DNA of 64,000 nt from the human T2T-CHM13v2.0 reference genome, Homo sapiens (GCA_009914755.4 CP068257.2:23136001-23200000), one strand, 5' to 3'. Numbered from the stretch's first letter, positions 44,324 through 57,949 are shown. Program-made: numbers and translations. The notes: a model not told the origin generated them from the sequence alone.

Positions 44324-44336
44324 TTAGAAACTTAAG

Positions 44337-44480
44337 CCAAACTTTCAGTATGTGGTATTTGGTTTTCTGTTCCTGAGTTAGTTTGCTAAGGATAATGGCC
44401 TTCGGCTCCATCCATGTCCCTGCAAAGTACGCAATCTCATTCTTCTTTATGGCTGCATCCTCCCACAGCCAGGGACCATC
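44337..44480 (-). mobile_element. Short antisense L1PA-type fragment
   Basis: 'gtggtatttggttttctgttcctgagttagtttgctaaggataatggccttcggctccatccatgtccctgcaaagtacgcaatctcattcttctttatggctgcat'. Compare antisense L1 'gcggtatttggttttctgttcctgtgttagtttgcttaggataatggcctccagctccatccatgttgctgcaaaggacatgatttcattctttttatggctgcat'. Confidence 0.8.
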
Positions 44481-47480
44481 TTAAGTGTAGGTCATTATTC
44501 TGAGAGCATTGTAGTTGTGCCTACTGAGGATAAAGAAAATTGTGAAGAGCACCAGACAATGCAGATTAGGCCTTCACCTCAGAATTCTGTTTGCTTAGAA
44601 TTGAGGTTTGGAGTCATGTTCTCATGTCTGATTAGTTTCTAAAGATTTAACATTCCTGTTGTCTTCTGTGTTCTAGAGTTGTCTGATGAAGAAGGGAGAA
44701 TTCGATGTTCCTCTCATAGATGCATTTTGGTTCATAGAAGATTTTGTTCTCTCAGGTGGGACAGTGCTAGGAAGGACAGTGCCACAGCTGTGCCCACCTC
44801 CTTCCTTGCGGTTTCCCATGGGAGGAATGAAGCTAATATGAACAGTTCGATATTGGAGTATCTATTGGGTGACTTTCAACACCTGGCAGCCTTAGAATGA
44901 CCAAAACACAATCAAGTGCTAATCACTCATCCTCTTTCACTTTCTGTTTCAAAGAGCATTAAGGTCTTTTAAATTGATGCTTTCTATAGAATAAATGACT
45001 ATGAAGAGGGCTGCTCTGTTTCCCTGTGTCTTCTTCCAGCTCTCTCTGTACCTGCCAATCTCAGCACTTTCTCTATCCCTGTTTGTGACTGGGTGGAGTT
45101 ATCCTTCCTCAGGAGATAACTTCCATCATGTCACTGGTTGAATGGCCACAAAATTATGGCCAGCTTTGCAGTCTGCTTTGCTATATATACAAAGATTAAA
45201 TTGAATTATAAAATAAATCTAATTACTAGTATTTCCTAAGGCTAAATATATTTGACTTGCTACTCTTATGTAGTCTACGCTCGCACCATTCATTGAATAA
45301 TTAATAACATTGATTTTATCACAAATTCCATATGCTGTATGTGAAAATTAATTACTTTTATGAGAAAGCTATTATTGAACAGAAATGGTTCTTGGCTGTG
45401 GTGTCAGCCACCATGTGTCATTTAGGACCTCTGCAACTGAACCTAGGTCACTACTCCTGTGTACAGTTTTGCAATCTGATCAGCTACAGTGAGGTGGCTT
45501 CATACTGGTAGGCTGGGCTCATTCCTGCTGATCAATGGAATAATCGCTCCTAGAACAGTTTTAATGAATTATGCAAAATGTTCATCTTAATTCTGTCTCA
45601 AGTAGCTCTATGATTTTGTCCATGCCTCTGATTTGCCATTTCTCCATGGTTCAAATGAAAGCATGGCAACAATAAGAGTTCGCCGCCTAATCTGTCAGTT
45701 ATCAAATTTCCAGTGAGGGTCGGGGTAGGGTTCCTGTCATTGTCTGACACTGCTCTTAGTTGAATTAGCAAGTAACCTAATACTTCAATTTCACAGTCAA
45801 TGTAAGTACAGAGGACTACATTTAACTTTCTTTTCCTTTCAGAAGCTAGGCCTTCCAGCTTTCTGTTTTGCTCCTAGACATGAAAATAAGGCTGCAGGTG
45901 GTGACTCTCATTAGCCTAGGTAGTTCATTTTCTATCTGGCAGTGAATAATCATAGTTGTGATCTAGGTAGGCTCTGACAGGAGGTCAGTTTGGTAATCTT
46001 CTATGTTTTTCAGTTCTACTTTTCCACTAAAATTACAAATACATGACTTAATTTCGCATTCACAAATTAAGTACCTCTCAGAGCACTTTTCTTGAAAGAT
46101 GGTTGGTCAGAATCTCTGAACTCTTTGGGATGTCTACAGTGATCTTTATAAGAATTTTGCAGCCTATGATACCTTTCTCTATCCACTGCCTTCATGTCAC
46201 CAAACACACGTAGGCAGATTAGGAGGGATTCTCCTATTGTGAGGTCAAATTTGCACCAATTTTATGGGGGTAGTCACACCTCATCAATATGACTAGATGA
46301 GTTATATTCTGTTAAAAATTTAGGTCTGGGAGGCTCTTTCCTCTAACGTAAATTTGGAAAATGTAAAATAGGAGACAGACTCTTAAAATCAGGTAATATA
46401 AGGAGATTAATATGTCATGTAACTACTGATCCCTCTGCAGTTTTGAATGGAGTATATCAATTTATTACGTATAGAAAAACACCAAAATATTCCCACCTGA
46501 CAGAATATAGCAGACCTAAGTTTCCATTAAATAGTTTTCTGAGCAGAAGGAAAAATGACTCAAATGACTCAATGTTCTCCTAATTCTGGAGGTCCCAAAG
46601 TCTATAAAGAAGCAATTTCCATGTCTCAGTCCCGGTGTCCTCTTACTGATGATGAACTTATTGTAGGAAATCTCTAGCAATATAATGATGCTCAAAATAC
46701 TGAAACAATAATGAATTTCCTATTCATTGTATCTGGAACAAAGCCTTGTATCTTGCAGTTGGGAATATATTTGTGTACATGAGTGTGTGTGTATGAATGT
46801 ATTTACACATATGTTTTGACCTTACTGTTAGAAACATGAATATATTTCTGTACGTAAATATATTTTCATACATATGTTTTGATCACACCATTATCTAAGT
46901 CTGCATACATTTCGTAGATAAATGTTTTTCTAGTTATCTAAGGGATAGGCCATTGTCAGATGTAGTTAGAAGCTTCTTAACTACCCTTTTACACATCTGA
47001 GGTGATGTACAGTCATGTTCTGAGTGACGTCATGCCAATGGCTTTTAGAAATGTCACTTAAACACCACTAAAGGCTTATAATCTCTGTTTAAACGTCTTC
47101 AAAATGTTTTTCTCAGGCAGAAAGTACATTTCTGTTCTTTTCCTTGAAAAGTTTATTGTTTTTGAATTTTTATTTTTTAAGAATAAAATTATTATATTTC
47201 TTGCAATAATTAAAAGCAATTTTCTTCTTCATAATTATAATCTCACTGAATTAAATGAATGCCTGGAAGACATGTGATTTTACATTTCTTCTTGACTGAA
47301 CACTCAATTACAAGGATCCTCATGACAGAAGCACTCAGACTGAGGTAGAAGCACACAACCTGCCAGAAACCTGGTAATGGAGCAAGACACAGAGGGCTCC
47401 CTGCAAACACACATCTTCACAGTCACAGACCATTCAATATTTAGTGTGATTTGTTTTTAAATTTAAAAATGCATATTAAT

Positions 47481-47530
47481 TATATATTGTGTGTATGTGT
47501 GCATGTGTGTGTGTAAGCATGTGTGTGCAT
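47481..47530. repeat. Imperfect (GT)n/(GCAT) tract
   Basis: tgtgtgtatgtgtgcatgtgtgtgtgtaagcatgtgtgtgcatgtatg. Confidence 0.8.
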
Positions 47531-48515
47531 GTATGCCTAAATGCAAGCTGGAGATAAACTTATTCTGAGGCATAGACATGCTATGTAAGTATTTCATATT
47601 TGTTCAGAAGGTCTATGCTTTCATACAGGTATAGATACGTACATATCTATCAGCCATCTATCTATCTTTCTCTATTCTGAGTGAGAAAGAGATCTACCCC
47701 CTTTATTTAAGCATAGTAGACACACACACACATATATGTAAAGAAACAGAGAGAGAAAGAGAAATTCATTCCAGAAAATGGTTCATCTCAAGAAAAGTGA
47801 CTGAGTACTAAAATAAAATATTCTTTGAGGATAAAGAAACAGCTGAGGGTTGGGGAGTAACACTGAATACAGTGCACTTTACTCAAATTTTACCTTATAC
47901 CAAGCGTACTCCTCCTGGACCCTTAGAGTACTGGGTTTGCACTTAATGAACAAGAAAACTCATTAAAAAATATATTAACATTATAATGGGACTTTGAGAG
48001 TACATGGTGAAATGTACAAAGTCAGTCACTGACCCTGGCAGGATCCGGAAGTCACGCTAGTGCTTTAAGCACTTCCAGGAAGAGAGTCCTTAGCACAGAC
48101 AGCAGTCTCAGGTTCAGGCATTACTGTCAGGGGCACAGATGGCAGCCCAGGCCCCATCACAGTGAGGCCAATGCCTTTGCCAGGTATGAGTGCCTTAGTA
48201 GTTTCTCCAGGCACAAAAGCACAGGTGGAATAGAAGAGAAAACTGCCAGTTGCCAGGAAATGCCCAAGGAGACTAATTTATAGAGAAGATTCAAAACAAT
48301 CCCTGAACTTCCCAGATTTTTTTGAGAAGTGTTTGGCTGGAATCCCAATACAGCGATTGGAAGCAGAACTAGAGAAAATTATTTTCTTGTGTTTATAATT
48401 AGCTACATAGTTTTGTATAGAGTTTGATGGTTTGGTTTCCTAGTCATACATTGTTATTTTCTCCATAGTATAGGAACCTAAGAGACCACAGCAACTGGTA
48501 TCAGTATCATTCTGT

Positions 48516-48560
48516 ATGTGTGACTGTGTGTGGGTGTATGTGTGTGCATGTATGTTTGTG
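48516..48560. repeat. Imperfect (TG)n tract
   Basis: gtgtgactgtgtgtgggtgtatgtgtgtgcatgtatgtttgtg. Confidence 0.8.
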
Positions 48561-49115
48561 ACTACATAACATCAATGTCTTATCACAAAGTATCTCTGTA
48601 AAAATCTTATCACATTTTTGTGCATACATGCTGTCAATTTATTTTAAAAGGGACTTTCATTGGATGTAAACATAGAATACCAGCCACTACATTAACACTA
48701 AGGAAATGTTTTGTTTTCATTTTGGATAGATTAGAAAATAAGCATCTATTTTAAAATGCATTTGCATTACAAATGAAATACTACATATTTCAGAGGTTCC
48801 TACATTTTCTCTGTTCATGGAATCCTTTCATATTTTTATTTTTTACTTTTTTGTCAAAGGAACCCTAAACTAAAAGAAATATCTAATAGTTTCATGTATA
48901 GTAGTTAAGCCCAACAACTGACTAAGTATTATTTATTAACAACTTAACACCTACGGCATACAACAACGTCTCACACTTCCAAATCGGATTGCATTCTATC
49001 ACCCTCATTTTCTGCTCTCCACTGTTTTTTCTCAAAGTACTTGCCTTTTATGTTAGCTGTCTCTGAAAGCCCAGGTTCACAATAATAAGACACCACTATA
49101 AGGAGAGTCAGTGAT

Positions 49116-49286
49116 CTAATGCTTAACTACGAACTACTTCAAGCGAGTAGTTTTGGAGAAGCTGCTGTGTTCCCTTGAAAATTTAAAATGACTCCTAATC
49201 TCAGTATGAAAATTTTAAAATTTTCAAGGCAACACAGCAGCTTCTCAAAAACTACTAGCTTGAAATAGTTCATAGTTAAGCATTAG
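49116..49286. repeat. 171-bp near-perfect inverted repeat (~74-bp arms, 22-nt loop): MITE-like element or hairpin-RNA candidate, unclassified
   Basis: Arm 1 (49116-49189) 'ctaatgcttaactacgaactacttcaagcgagtagttttggagaagctgctgtgttcccttgaaaatttaaaat'; loop 'gactcctaatctcagtatgaaa'; arm 2 (49212-49286) 'attttaaaattttcaaggcaacacagcagcttctcaaaaactactagcttgaaatagttcatagttaagcattag', which is the reverse complement of arm 1 at about 90% identity. Confidence 0.8.
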
Positions 49287-49614
49287 TTAATATGATGAGT
49301 TGTATTCCAGGTTCTCTCAGTTAGGAATATGAACTTACTGACAGACAATAGTCCTTTTAGGCAGTTGATGAATTCAGAAAAATTACAGATGAAAAATCTG
49401 GGAGAGGTATCTGAAACTCATACATCATCAGTGAAAGTTACTAGTACCCCTTACCTATGTGTGCTTGCTAATACAGCATCCCACTGAAAAGAACCTTATA
49501 TCATCAGGATTTTTTTGCTGTAGATATATTGAGTATGCCCACTTACAACTTTTCACGTGATTATTTAATGGCTCAGCGTTCTTAAGAAATGACTTTCTTC
49601 TTTTATTAAAAAAT

Positions 49615-49877
49615 TGAGGCTGAGGCGGGCAGATCATGAGGTGAGGAGATCGAGACCATCCTGGCTAACATGGTGAAACCCCATCTCTACTAAAAATACA
49701 AAAACAAAATTAGGTAGGCATGGTGGTGGGCACCTGTAGTCCCAGCTACTCAGTAGGCTGAAGCAGGAGAATGGCGCGAACCCGGGAGACGGAGGTTGCA
49801 GTGAGCCGAGATCTTGCCACTGCACTCCAGGCTGGGCGACAGAGCGAAACTCCATCTCAAAAAAAAAAAAAAAAAAA
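49615..49877 (+). mobile_element. Alu SINE, 5'-truncated by about 41 bp, with a 27-nt poly-A
   Basis: 'gaggctgaggcgggcagatcatgaggtgaggagatcgagaccatcctggctaacatggtgaaaccccatctctactaaaaatacaaaaacaaaattaggtaggcatggtggtgggcacctgtagtcccagctactcagtaggctgaagcaggagaatggcgcgaacccgggagacggaggttgcagtgagccgagatcttgccactgcactccaggctgggcgacagagcgaaactccatctcaaaaaaaaaaaaaaaaaaag'. Confidence 0.9.
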
Positions 49878-52438
49878 GTTTTCCTCTTCATTATCCTCAG
49901 AGAAAAGGAAATGACTTTATCTTATTCAAAAGATGAATGTGAGTTATGTCATGTGATAGTATGTTTAAACTGGCTGATTAGAACCTAAAAAATAATATTT
50001 GAAAAATTTATGACATATAAATAAGATTCAAAAATTAAGTTGCTTTGTTTTTATATTTTAAAAATGACTCATAATCTAATATGACCCTTTAAAAAGTTAA
50101 AACAACCCTGTGAATTCACTGTGCTATACTGGATGGGCCTTAATGCATAATGTAGGAAGAGCAGATGTACTCAAAAGTCAGTGGTAAATATCAGAGTAAT
50201 AAGTACAGTAGTTCTAGACATACATGTTAAAATGTTTACCCTAAGGGAGCACTCAGCAATACTTGTCATTATAGACAAAGGCAAATAAAATTTGATCTTA
50301 TCAAGGTAAATTAAATGTCTAGTGAATAGGGACCTTAGAATTGTATGTATGTTTCTAGGCTAATATTTGCAAGACATGTCTAAGGTTTAAAGTTTTTCCT
50401 ATTCCCAGACAATAGTAATATATTATCTGTAACTGTTTATACAGTGAAAGTGAATAAAAACCAGATAAAGTCATTATTTCATTTTAGTATGAAGGAAATA
50501 GTTTGTCTAAGAATTACTTCTCCACAGACGATTGAGATTTTATTGGCATTAAACTAAGCCATATTAATGATTTGCTGTTTGTATGAAACAATAATAAAAA
50601 TTTTAATTAAAAATTCTAGCACATGAAAGTTTAGTACAAGCAAGAAGCTGTTGCTTTGTTCACTTGTAAGCAGGTGAGATATCAAAAAACAAATAAAAAA
50701 TAAGATTCATTTTTGTCTGAATGAGAATTAATTTATTAAATGCATTATTTTATCTAATATCCCCTTATATGTTCCTAAGGTATTTCCAAATACCATTATG
50801 AAGCTCCACCTTTTTATAGGACTTCCTTTTAAATAATGTAAAGCTAAAATCAAATTTGAATAAAATCATAAATACATAGAATGCATTATTGCAGTGCTAA
50901 AAATGCATAGCAGTTTTGTGTATGTATGTGTGTGTGTGAGTATGTTTTCCTTCCTCTATAATTATCCTTGTCTGTCAGCTTAGTCTATCTGAACACACAA
51001 GCTCCCTGTTGCAGCACGAAATCTTAATCTGGTGTCTTGGGGCTCTTATCACTGGCAATTCTGCAGATCATGTTCCCAGACCCAGCCTTGGGTCACTGTT
51101 CCCTCCAGTGTCTCCAGAAGCAGCTCAGTGGATGAAACAGCCTCTCAGTAGTCACAAGATTCTAGCTTAATTTTTTCAAGGTTTAGAATTTATACTATAC
51201 TAGGTCCAGCAGAATGAACACCATGAAAGCTCTGAACAAAAAATTGGAAGCCTTGGTTATATTTCCTAGTTTCTGTCCTGGAACCCAACAGGCCTGCGGG
51301 CTCAGCCTCAAACATAACTAATTTTTTTACTCTGATTCGGATCCATGGTGATTCACAACTTGTTTTTAAACACAGTTAACTACTTTTTCCTATTTTATCA
51401 AAGTTTTCCATAATTTGGCAAGTGAAGGAATGAAAGATTGTCTAACACGTGAAATAACAGCACCAACTTGACAAGATATTTGCAGGCCAGGAAAAAAAAA
51501 AGCATAAGCAGAGTATGAATCAAATGTGAAGAGGAAATGGAGAAAATAGAGGAAAGTGATTAACATTGTTTAAATATAAAGGTGTAAGAAAAGGGAATTT
51601 CATATTCAGAAATAACTCTCCCTTAGGGTAATGGATTTCAATAGAAAGCAAGTGCAGAGAAATTGAAAGCAGCTCCGTGAAAATTCAGGAAAATATCCTT
51701 AATTCAATTAGGAACTGACTGTCATTACAGCTTTCTATCAGCTCTGGACAGAGCCTGATGGGCACATGCATCAGCCTAATAGTTTAGTTCTTAGTTAAAA
51801 CAAAGTTAAAAAAATAAATATTTAGTTGGAAAGGAAACCTTTTTCTATAAATTTGTTCCATAAACGTTCATATTCCTTTAAATTTGAAATAACTGAAATA
51901 AAAGGTGAATAGTCTACATAAAATGCAACATTATAATTTACCTTCACAGATACTGTTTTGTTTTGGATATTTTTGCAACAACACAACTAAGTTGAAAGGA
52001 TAATTTCCAGCTTTACTGAGGTACAATTAACAAATAAAAATCATATATTTTAAGGAGTACTATGTGATAATTTGGTGTGCATATGCATTGTGTAAAGATT
52101 ACAACAATTAAATTAACACGTTCATCACCACACATCGTTACTCTTGTGTGTGTGGAGGGTGAGGACACTTAAGATCTACTCTTTTTGCAGATTTCAAGTA
52201 AAGAGTACAGTATTGTTACCTATAAAAATTAGATCCCCAGAACTGATTCATCTTATAACTGAAAGTTCCTACTTTTTGAGCAACATGTGAGATCATGTAG
52301 TATTTGTTTTTCTGCATCTGGCTTTTCCATTTAGCACAGTGTTCTCCAGGTTCATCCAAGTTGTCACAAATGGCAGGATTTCCTTCTTTTAAATGTCCGA
52401 ATAATATTAAATTATATATGTATATCTGTACAGTATAT

Positions 52439-52480
52439 ATTAGTTTGGTGAAAATGTAATTGCTGTTTTTGCCATTACTT
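52439..52480. mobile_element. MADE1 (mariner MITE) 5' half
   Basis: 'ttagtttggtgaaaatgtaattgctgtttttgccattactt'. Compare MADE1 'TTAGGTTGGTGCAAAAGTAATTGCGGTTTTTGCCATTAAAAG'. Confidence 0.6.
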
Positions 52481-54096
52481 TAATATATGTGTATATGTAT
52501 TGTATATATGTGTATATTTGTGCATATGTACATATATATGTATACACACACCATATTTTCTTCATCCATCAATGAACACTTAGGTTGTTTCCGTATCTTA
52601 GCTACTGTGAATAGATCATTCTTTTCTGTTTAGATGACACTTGCCCTTCTACTCACTAATTCAGTAACCTTTTTTGGGAGGTAACTTAACAATTTGCCCT
52701 GCTTGCATCATATGTAAAATAGGGGTGGTAAAAATAGTTCGCTTACAGCATTGTTGTAGTAATTAAGTAACTTACTATGTGGAAATGTTCAGAGCTACAC
52801 ATAATGATGAATAAGTATCTTCTTTTGTTAACCTTTGATTGCAAAGTTTGATCTAACATGTTTTGTTTGATGGTCAGGACCACAAAACCCCCTCACACCT
52901 TACACATATTTATTACAAAAGTACTCAGGAGAGATCAGTCAACTCCGATGACAAGTGATTTTTGTTTCTATTCTGAGGTTTTGTTGCCTGTTGAAAGAAT
53001 GTGACCAGGTGTATTTCCTAAGATATATAAGGAGTCACATATAAAATTCCGAGATTCCAGGTACCATAATTCAAATTTAGACCAATGTCATAGCATTGCT
53101 TCTACTCTGGTGCCAAATAAGCTTCCCAGATGGCCCATCCATGAACCTGGCTCTGATTTTTAATAGAGTTAGTGTGATATTTTGGAAAGAAAATTGGATT
53201 TGGAGTTAAGCAACCAAGTTTGAACCCTAACTCAGAAATTACTTAGCTGTCTAAATTTGGGACAAGTTACTTAACTTGGCTGAGTTTCCATCAGGATAAA
53301 GGTGATAAAACAAGAATCTTGTAATGATTCTGAAACTTACAGGGAACATAAGTAGGGCAAATAACTCAGTGCTTGGTCTTTCTATTTACCATACTTATGT
53401 TTCTCTCTCTTCTTTTTGATATCAGTGACTTGGTTTTTCTTGAAGAAGCCACATCTTCCTCACTCCCTGTTTAGGCAGTGCAAGGGATCTATAGCAATCT
53501 TGAGCAATGCCACATGCCTAGGCCACCAGCTTTATGAGCACTCTCCCTGTGACTTTTGCAAGAACTAGCGGAGGAGACATTCTGTATGCCATGGAGTGGC
53601 CCAGCTAGTGGGGAGGCCCTATTTTCCACCACTCTGAAAATTTGTCTGAAAATGAAATCAACTCAAAGAATAAAACATATCTGAGCTGCAAGAGCAAGAG
53701 TGATGCCAATCATTCCAGAAGACAAGTTTACCACATGGTTGGAATTAGTCAATAAATTCCTTTTTGTTAGTTAAAAAAAAGTTTCTATATTTTGTAATCA
53801 GTTTTAGTTGCCTCTTACTTTTTGCAAACTGAAATATTCCTGGAAAATATAGTAGCTAATCAATAGTGGAGGGATATATTTATTATTAGTCTATCTCTCA
53901 AATATTAGAGCCCCAAAAAGCAGAAGCCAATATCAATGACCTGGACCATCAGCTTTTTCAGGGTCTCAAGCCTGCTGCCTTTAGACTGGAACAGCACCAT
54001 AAGCCCTTGTGGGTCTCCAGCCTGCTAGTTCACTCTGCAGCCTTATCAGGCTCCATAATCAAGTGAGCCAATTCCTTGTAATAAAAATTTGTGTGT

Positions 54097-54116
54097 GTAC
54101 ACACACACACACACAC
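54097..54116. repeat. (CA)n microsatellite
   Basis: tacacacacacacacacacc. Confidence 0.85.
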
Positions 54117-54419
54117 CCCCTATTAGCTCTGTTTGGTTCTATTTATCTGGAGAACATTGACTACGCAAAGCCCTACTTCTCAAGGTACACGTTTCATTGC
54201 AACAGAATGAGTTTCCAAAAAATCAGGCTCTTCAATTTTGCATGCCAATATAGGCCTCCTAAAAATGAATTTTTATTCCATTCGTTTCAACAACTATTAA
54301 AATCATTAATGGCTTTTTATTGTTAATGAAACTGCAGCATGGCTAATAAAAACTTAGTAGAAGAAATTTACAATCTCTAGAGAAAAGACATTTACTACTT
54401 ATTATGGATATTATACTCC

Positions 54420-54860
54420 CCAAAGAAATAGGTTGAACCCCTAACTCCCAGCAGCTCGGAATGAGATGCTGTTTAGGAATACAGCCATTGCAGTTAAATT
54501 AATATGAGGTCATATTGGAGTAGGGTGATCTCTTGATCCAATATGACAAGTGTTTTTATAAGAAAAGTGAAAACAATGTAAAGACAAACACAGGAGGAGA
54601 GATCTCCATTGGCAATGGAGGCAGAAAATGAGGTGTTAACAGCTGTAAGCCAAGGAACTACAAGGATTGCCAGCAAACCACCACAATTTAGGAAACAGCA
54701 AGGAAGAATTCTCCCCTACAGGTTTCAGAGGAAGAATGGCCCTGCAGACATCTTGATTTTGGACTCTGATGCTTCAGAACTATAAAAGAGCAATTTTCTA
54801 TTGTGTTAAGCCATGTAGTTTACTGTGCATTGTTATGGCAGCTCTGGGAAACTAATCACT
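54420..54860 (+). mobile_element. MaLR solo LTR (MST-like)
   Basis: '...cccctaactcccagcagctcggaatgagatgctgtttaggaatacagccattgcagttaaattaatatgaggtcatattggagtagggtgatctcttgatccaatatgacaagtgtttttataagaaaag...ccctgcagacatcttgattttggactctgatgcttcagaactataaaagagcaattttctattgtgttaagccatgtagtttactgtgcattgttatggcagctc'. Compare MSTA 'GATTATCCTGGATTATC...GGGTCCTTATAAGAGG...CACCTTGATTTTAGCCC...CCAGAACTGTAAGATAATAAATTTGTGTTGTTTTAAGCCACTAAGTTTGTGGTAATTTGTTACAGCAGC'. Confidence 0.8.
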
Positions 54861-55182
54861 GCCCAAGTAATATTTGTTCATTTCATTTTTTTAGATTTTA
54901 CATCTAAAGTTACTCTATTTATAAGAACAGGATTTGGATGAATTTCTATAAGTTGTGGTATATTTTTTAAATAAATCTTAATTTTTACTACTATGGGGCA
55001 AAGAATAATTTTATATGAAACCAAAGTGAAGGTAGCTGAAAGTAATAGTAGCAATCTAAATTATCATGTCATTTTGTATATTATCTCCCAAAGAAAAATA
55101 CATGGATGCCATTTTGAGAGTATAGAAGTAGCCAATATAGTTACCTACTGACTGTCATTTCAGTCAAAAGTACCGGGTACTA

Positions 55183-55307
55183 GGCTTATTACCTGAGTGA
55201 CAAAATAATCTGTACACCAGACCCCCATGACACAAAATTTACCCATATGACAAACCTGCACGTGTGTTCCCAAACCTAAAATGAAAGTTTTAAAAAAAGT
55301 GTTCTTT
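55183..55307 (+). mobile_element. Very short 5'-truncated L1 3'-terminal fragment with an A-tail
   Basis: 'ttattacctgagtgacaaaataatctgtacaccagacccccatgacacaaaatttacccatatgacaaacctgcacgtgtgttcccaaacctaaaatgaaagttttaaaaaaa'. Compare the L1 3' end '...aatacctaatgtaaatgacgagttaatgggtgcagcacaccaacatggcacatgtatacatatgtaacaaacctgcacgttgtgcacatgtaccctagaacttaaagtataataaaaaa'. Confidence 0.7.
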
Positions 55308-57153
55308 GTGATAAAGACTATAACCAACTCAATTCAATTTATTTTGATATTGAGAGCTTTATACAAAGTATCAAAATATCTAACAGAGAAATAAAACAAT
55401 GAGAACTATGTTATTTTATTTTGAAGTACCTTACAAGGACCAAGAGAAGATCCTTGTAAGATAAGAAAGAAAATCAGTATCAAAAATTGCTTTTAAATTA
55501 AATAAATATCCTTAACATTCTTTCTTTGCAGAAGGGGCATTCGGGGGAAAGTGAACACATTTGTACCTGTAATTAATATATTTGAAAGGTATTAAAGAAT
55601 AGTTAAATAAAATATTCTGCAAGAGAGAAATTCTGTTTCAAAAATCTGACACATCTTTGTTTCCTCTTTTTATTTCAAGCCCCACATTTAATTGAAGAGT
55701 ATATACTATTGATTTCAAAATATATCAAAATTAAGCCACCTCTCTCTGCACTCCACTTCTGTGCCAAGCCACTATTGTCTCTTATATGAGACAACAACCT
55801 TCTGGTGTTTAAGCCATCCAGTTTGTAGTAGTTGGTTACACCAGCTTCTTAATGAGTTTTAACCTGACCTTCCTATTTTAAAATTTCTACATCTAGTACC
55901 CCAACCCCACACTGACCCTGTTTACCCTGCTCTATTTTTCCATAGCATTCAATATAATTTGCTTTTTAAATGTTAATTGCTTAATATCTTCTTTCTTCAA
56001 CTAGAATACAAGTTGTACAAAGTCAGATGTTTTTGGTGCTTTCACAGTTGTACAGCAAGCGCTTTGCCTAAAGCTTTATATGAAGTAAGTGCTTTGCTTA
56101 AAGCTTGGTATGAAGTAACTAAGTACTCAATATACTTGCTAAATGAATGAATTAATTACTACAATGTAATATATTCTACATTTCAGTTTGAATAAAGAAT
56201 ACTGTGAGATATTTCAGTGTCACAGTATGGTATACTGGAGTGACTTGTGAATTTGTTATCGTAACAGTTGGAAATGACCATGCGATGCCATTGTGCAGGC
56301 ATATATAAAATTAAATAGATTAAGGAACAATTTGGTTACAATATTTTAGTAACAAACTATCATTTCTAGATAATAAAAGAAGGTAGAATTTCTGACAGGT
56401 TATGAAGCAGCTCTATAGTATTATCCATCAAGGACTAACAAGTAATAACTCCTCCTAGTGTTAGTCAATGCTGTTCTAGGATCTGAAGCGATAATTATAA
56501 CATGAAATACTGGTCCCTGGGTCCACATGTCTCTTGATCTGTCTAAGTGAAAAACAATTAACAATAAAGCAAATTACAAAGCAAATAACTGTGTGATAAG
56601 AACCAAGAGAACTAAAACAAATACATTATTACAGTTCAAAAGCTGGAAAGGATGAAAAGAAGTTGATGGATGGGTACAAATATACACTTAGAAGAAATAA
56701 GACTTGATGTTTGATAGATCAGTAGGGTGACTATAGCTATCATTAATCAATTAACCATTACAAAATAGCAAGAAGAGAAAAATATAAATATTCCTAGCCT
56801 AAAGAAAAGATAAATTTTTAAGATGATGGATATATCAATTGTCCTGTTCTGGTAATATGCATGTATAAAGTCATCACATGTACACTGGAAATATGTCCCT
56901 GTAATATGTATTAATTTAAAAAATACAATTATAAAAGCTGTAAAAAGTCATTATTGAAGAAGTGAAATGAAATGGATCCTGAAAAAAATTCCTAAAAGCT
57001 ATATTCAAGATACACCAGAAGGACTGGTTCATAATTCTGTTTCATCCATTGTATAGACTTAGAATCATTCACAGAAGCAAAGGTATACAAGTCAGAAATG
57101 GCACTATAAATTTTATATGTACAGAAAAAGATTAAAATTGGAGAAATGTAAAT

Positions 57154-57448
57154 TTTTTTTTTTTTTTTTGAGACAGAGTCTCACTGTCGCCCAGGTTGGA
57201 GTGCAGTGGCACGACCTCGGCTCACTGCAAGCTCCGCCCCCAGGGGTTCACGCCATTCTCCTGTCTCAGCCTCCAGAGTAGCTGGGACTGCAGGCGCCCG
57301 CCACCTCGCCCGGCTAATTTTTTGTATTTTTAGTAGAGACGGGGTTTCACTGTGTTAGCCAGGATGGTCTCGATCTCCTGACCTCGTGATCCTCCCGCCT
57401 CGGCCTCCCAAAGTGCTGGGATTACAGGCATGAGCCACCGCGCCCGGC
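57154..57448 (-). mobile_element. AluY-like SINE (reverse) with a 16-nt poly-T and perfect 17-bp TSD 'tggagaaatgtaaattt'
   Basis: 'ttttttttttttttttgagacagagtctcactgtcgcccaggttggagtgcagtggcacgacctcggctcactgcaagctccgcccccaggggttcacgccattctcctg...ggcgcccgccacctcgcccggctaattttttgtatttttagtagagacggggtttcactgtgttagccaggatggtctcgatctcctgacctcgtgatcctcccgcctcggcctcccaaagtgctgggattacaggcatgagccaccgcgcccggc'. TSD at 57137-57153 and 57449-57465. Confidence 0.95.
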
Positions 57449-57560
57449 TGGAGAAATGTAAATTTTGAAAGCATAATGTATAGCTGTAGCTTAACAAATA
57501 GTGGCACATTTATATTGACCAGATGAAATTGAGGTAATATAAAAATATACACATGAGATA

Positions 57561-57949
<389 letters not shown>

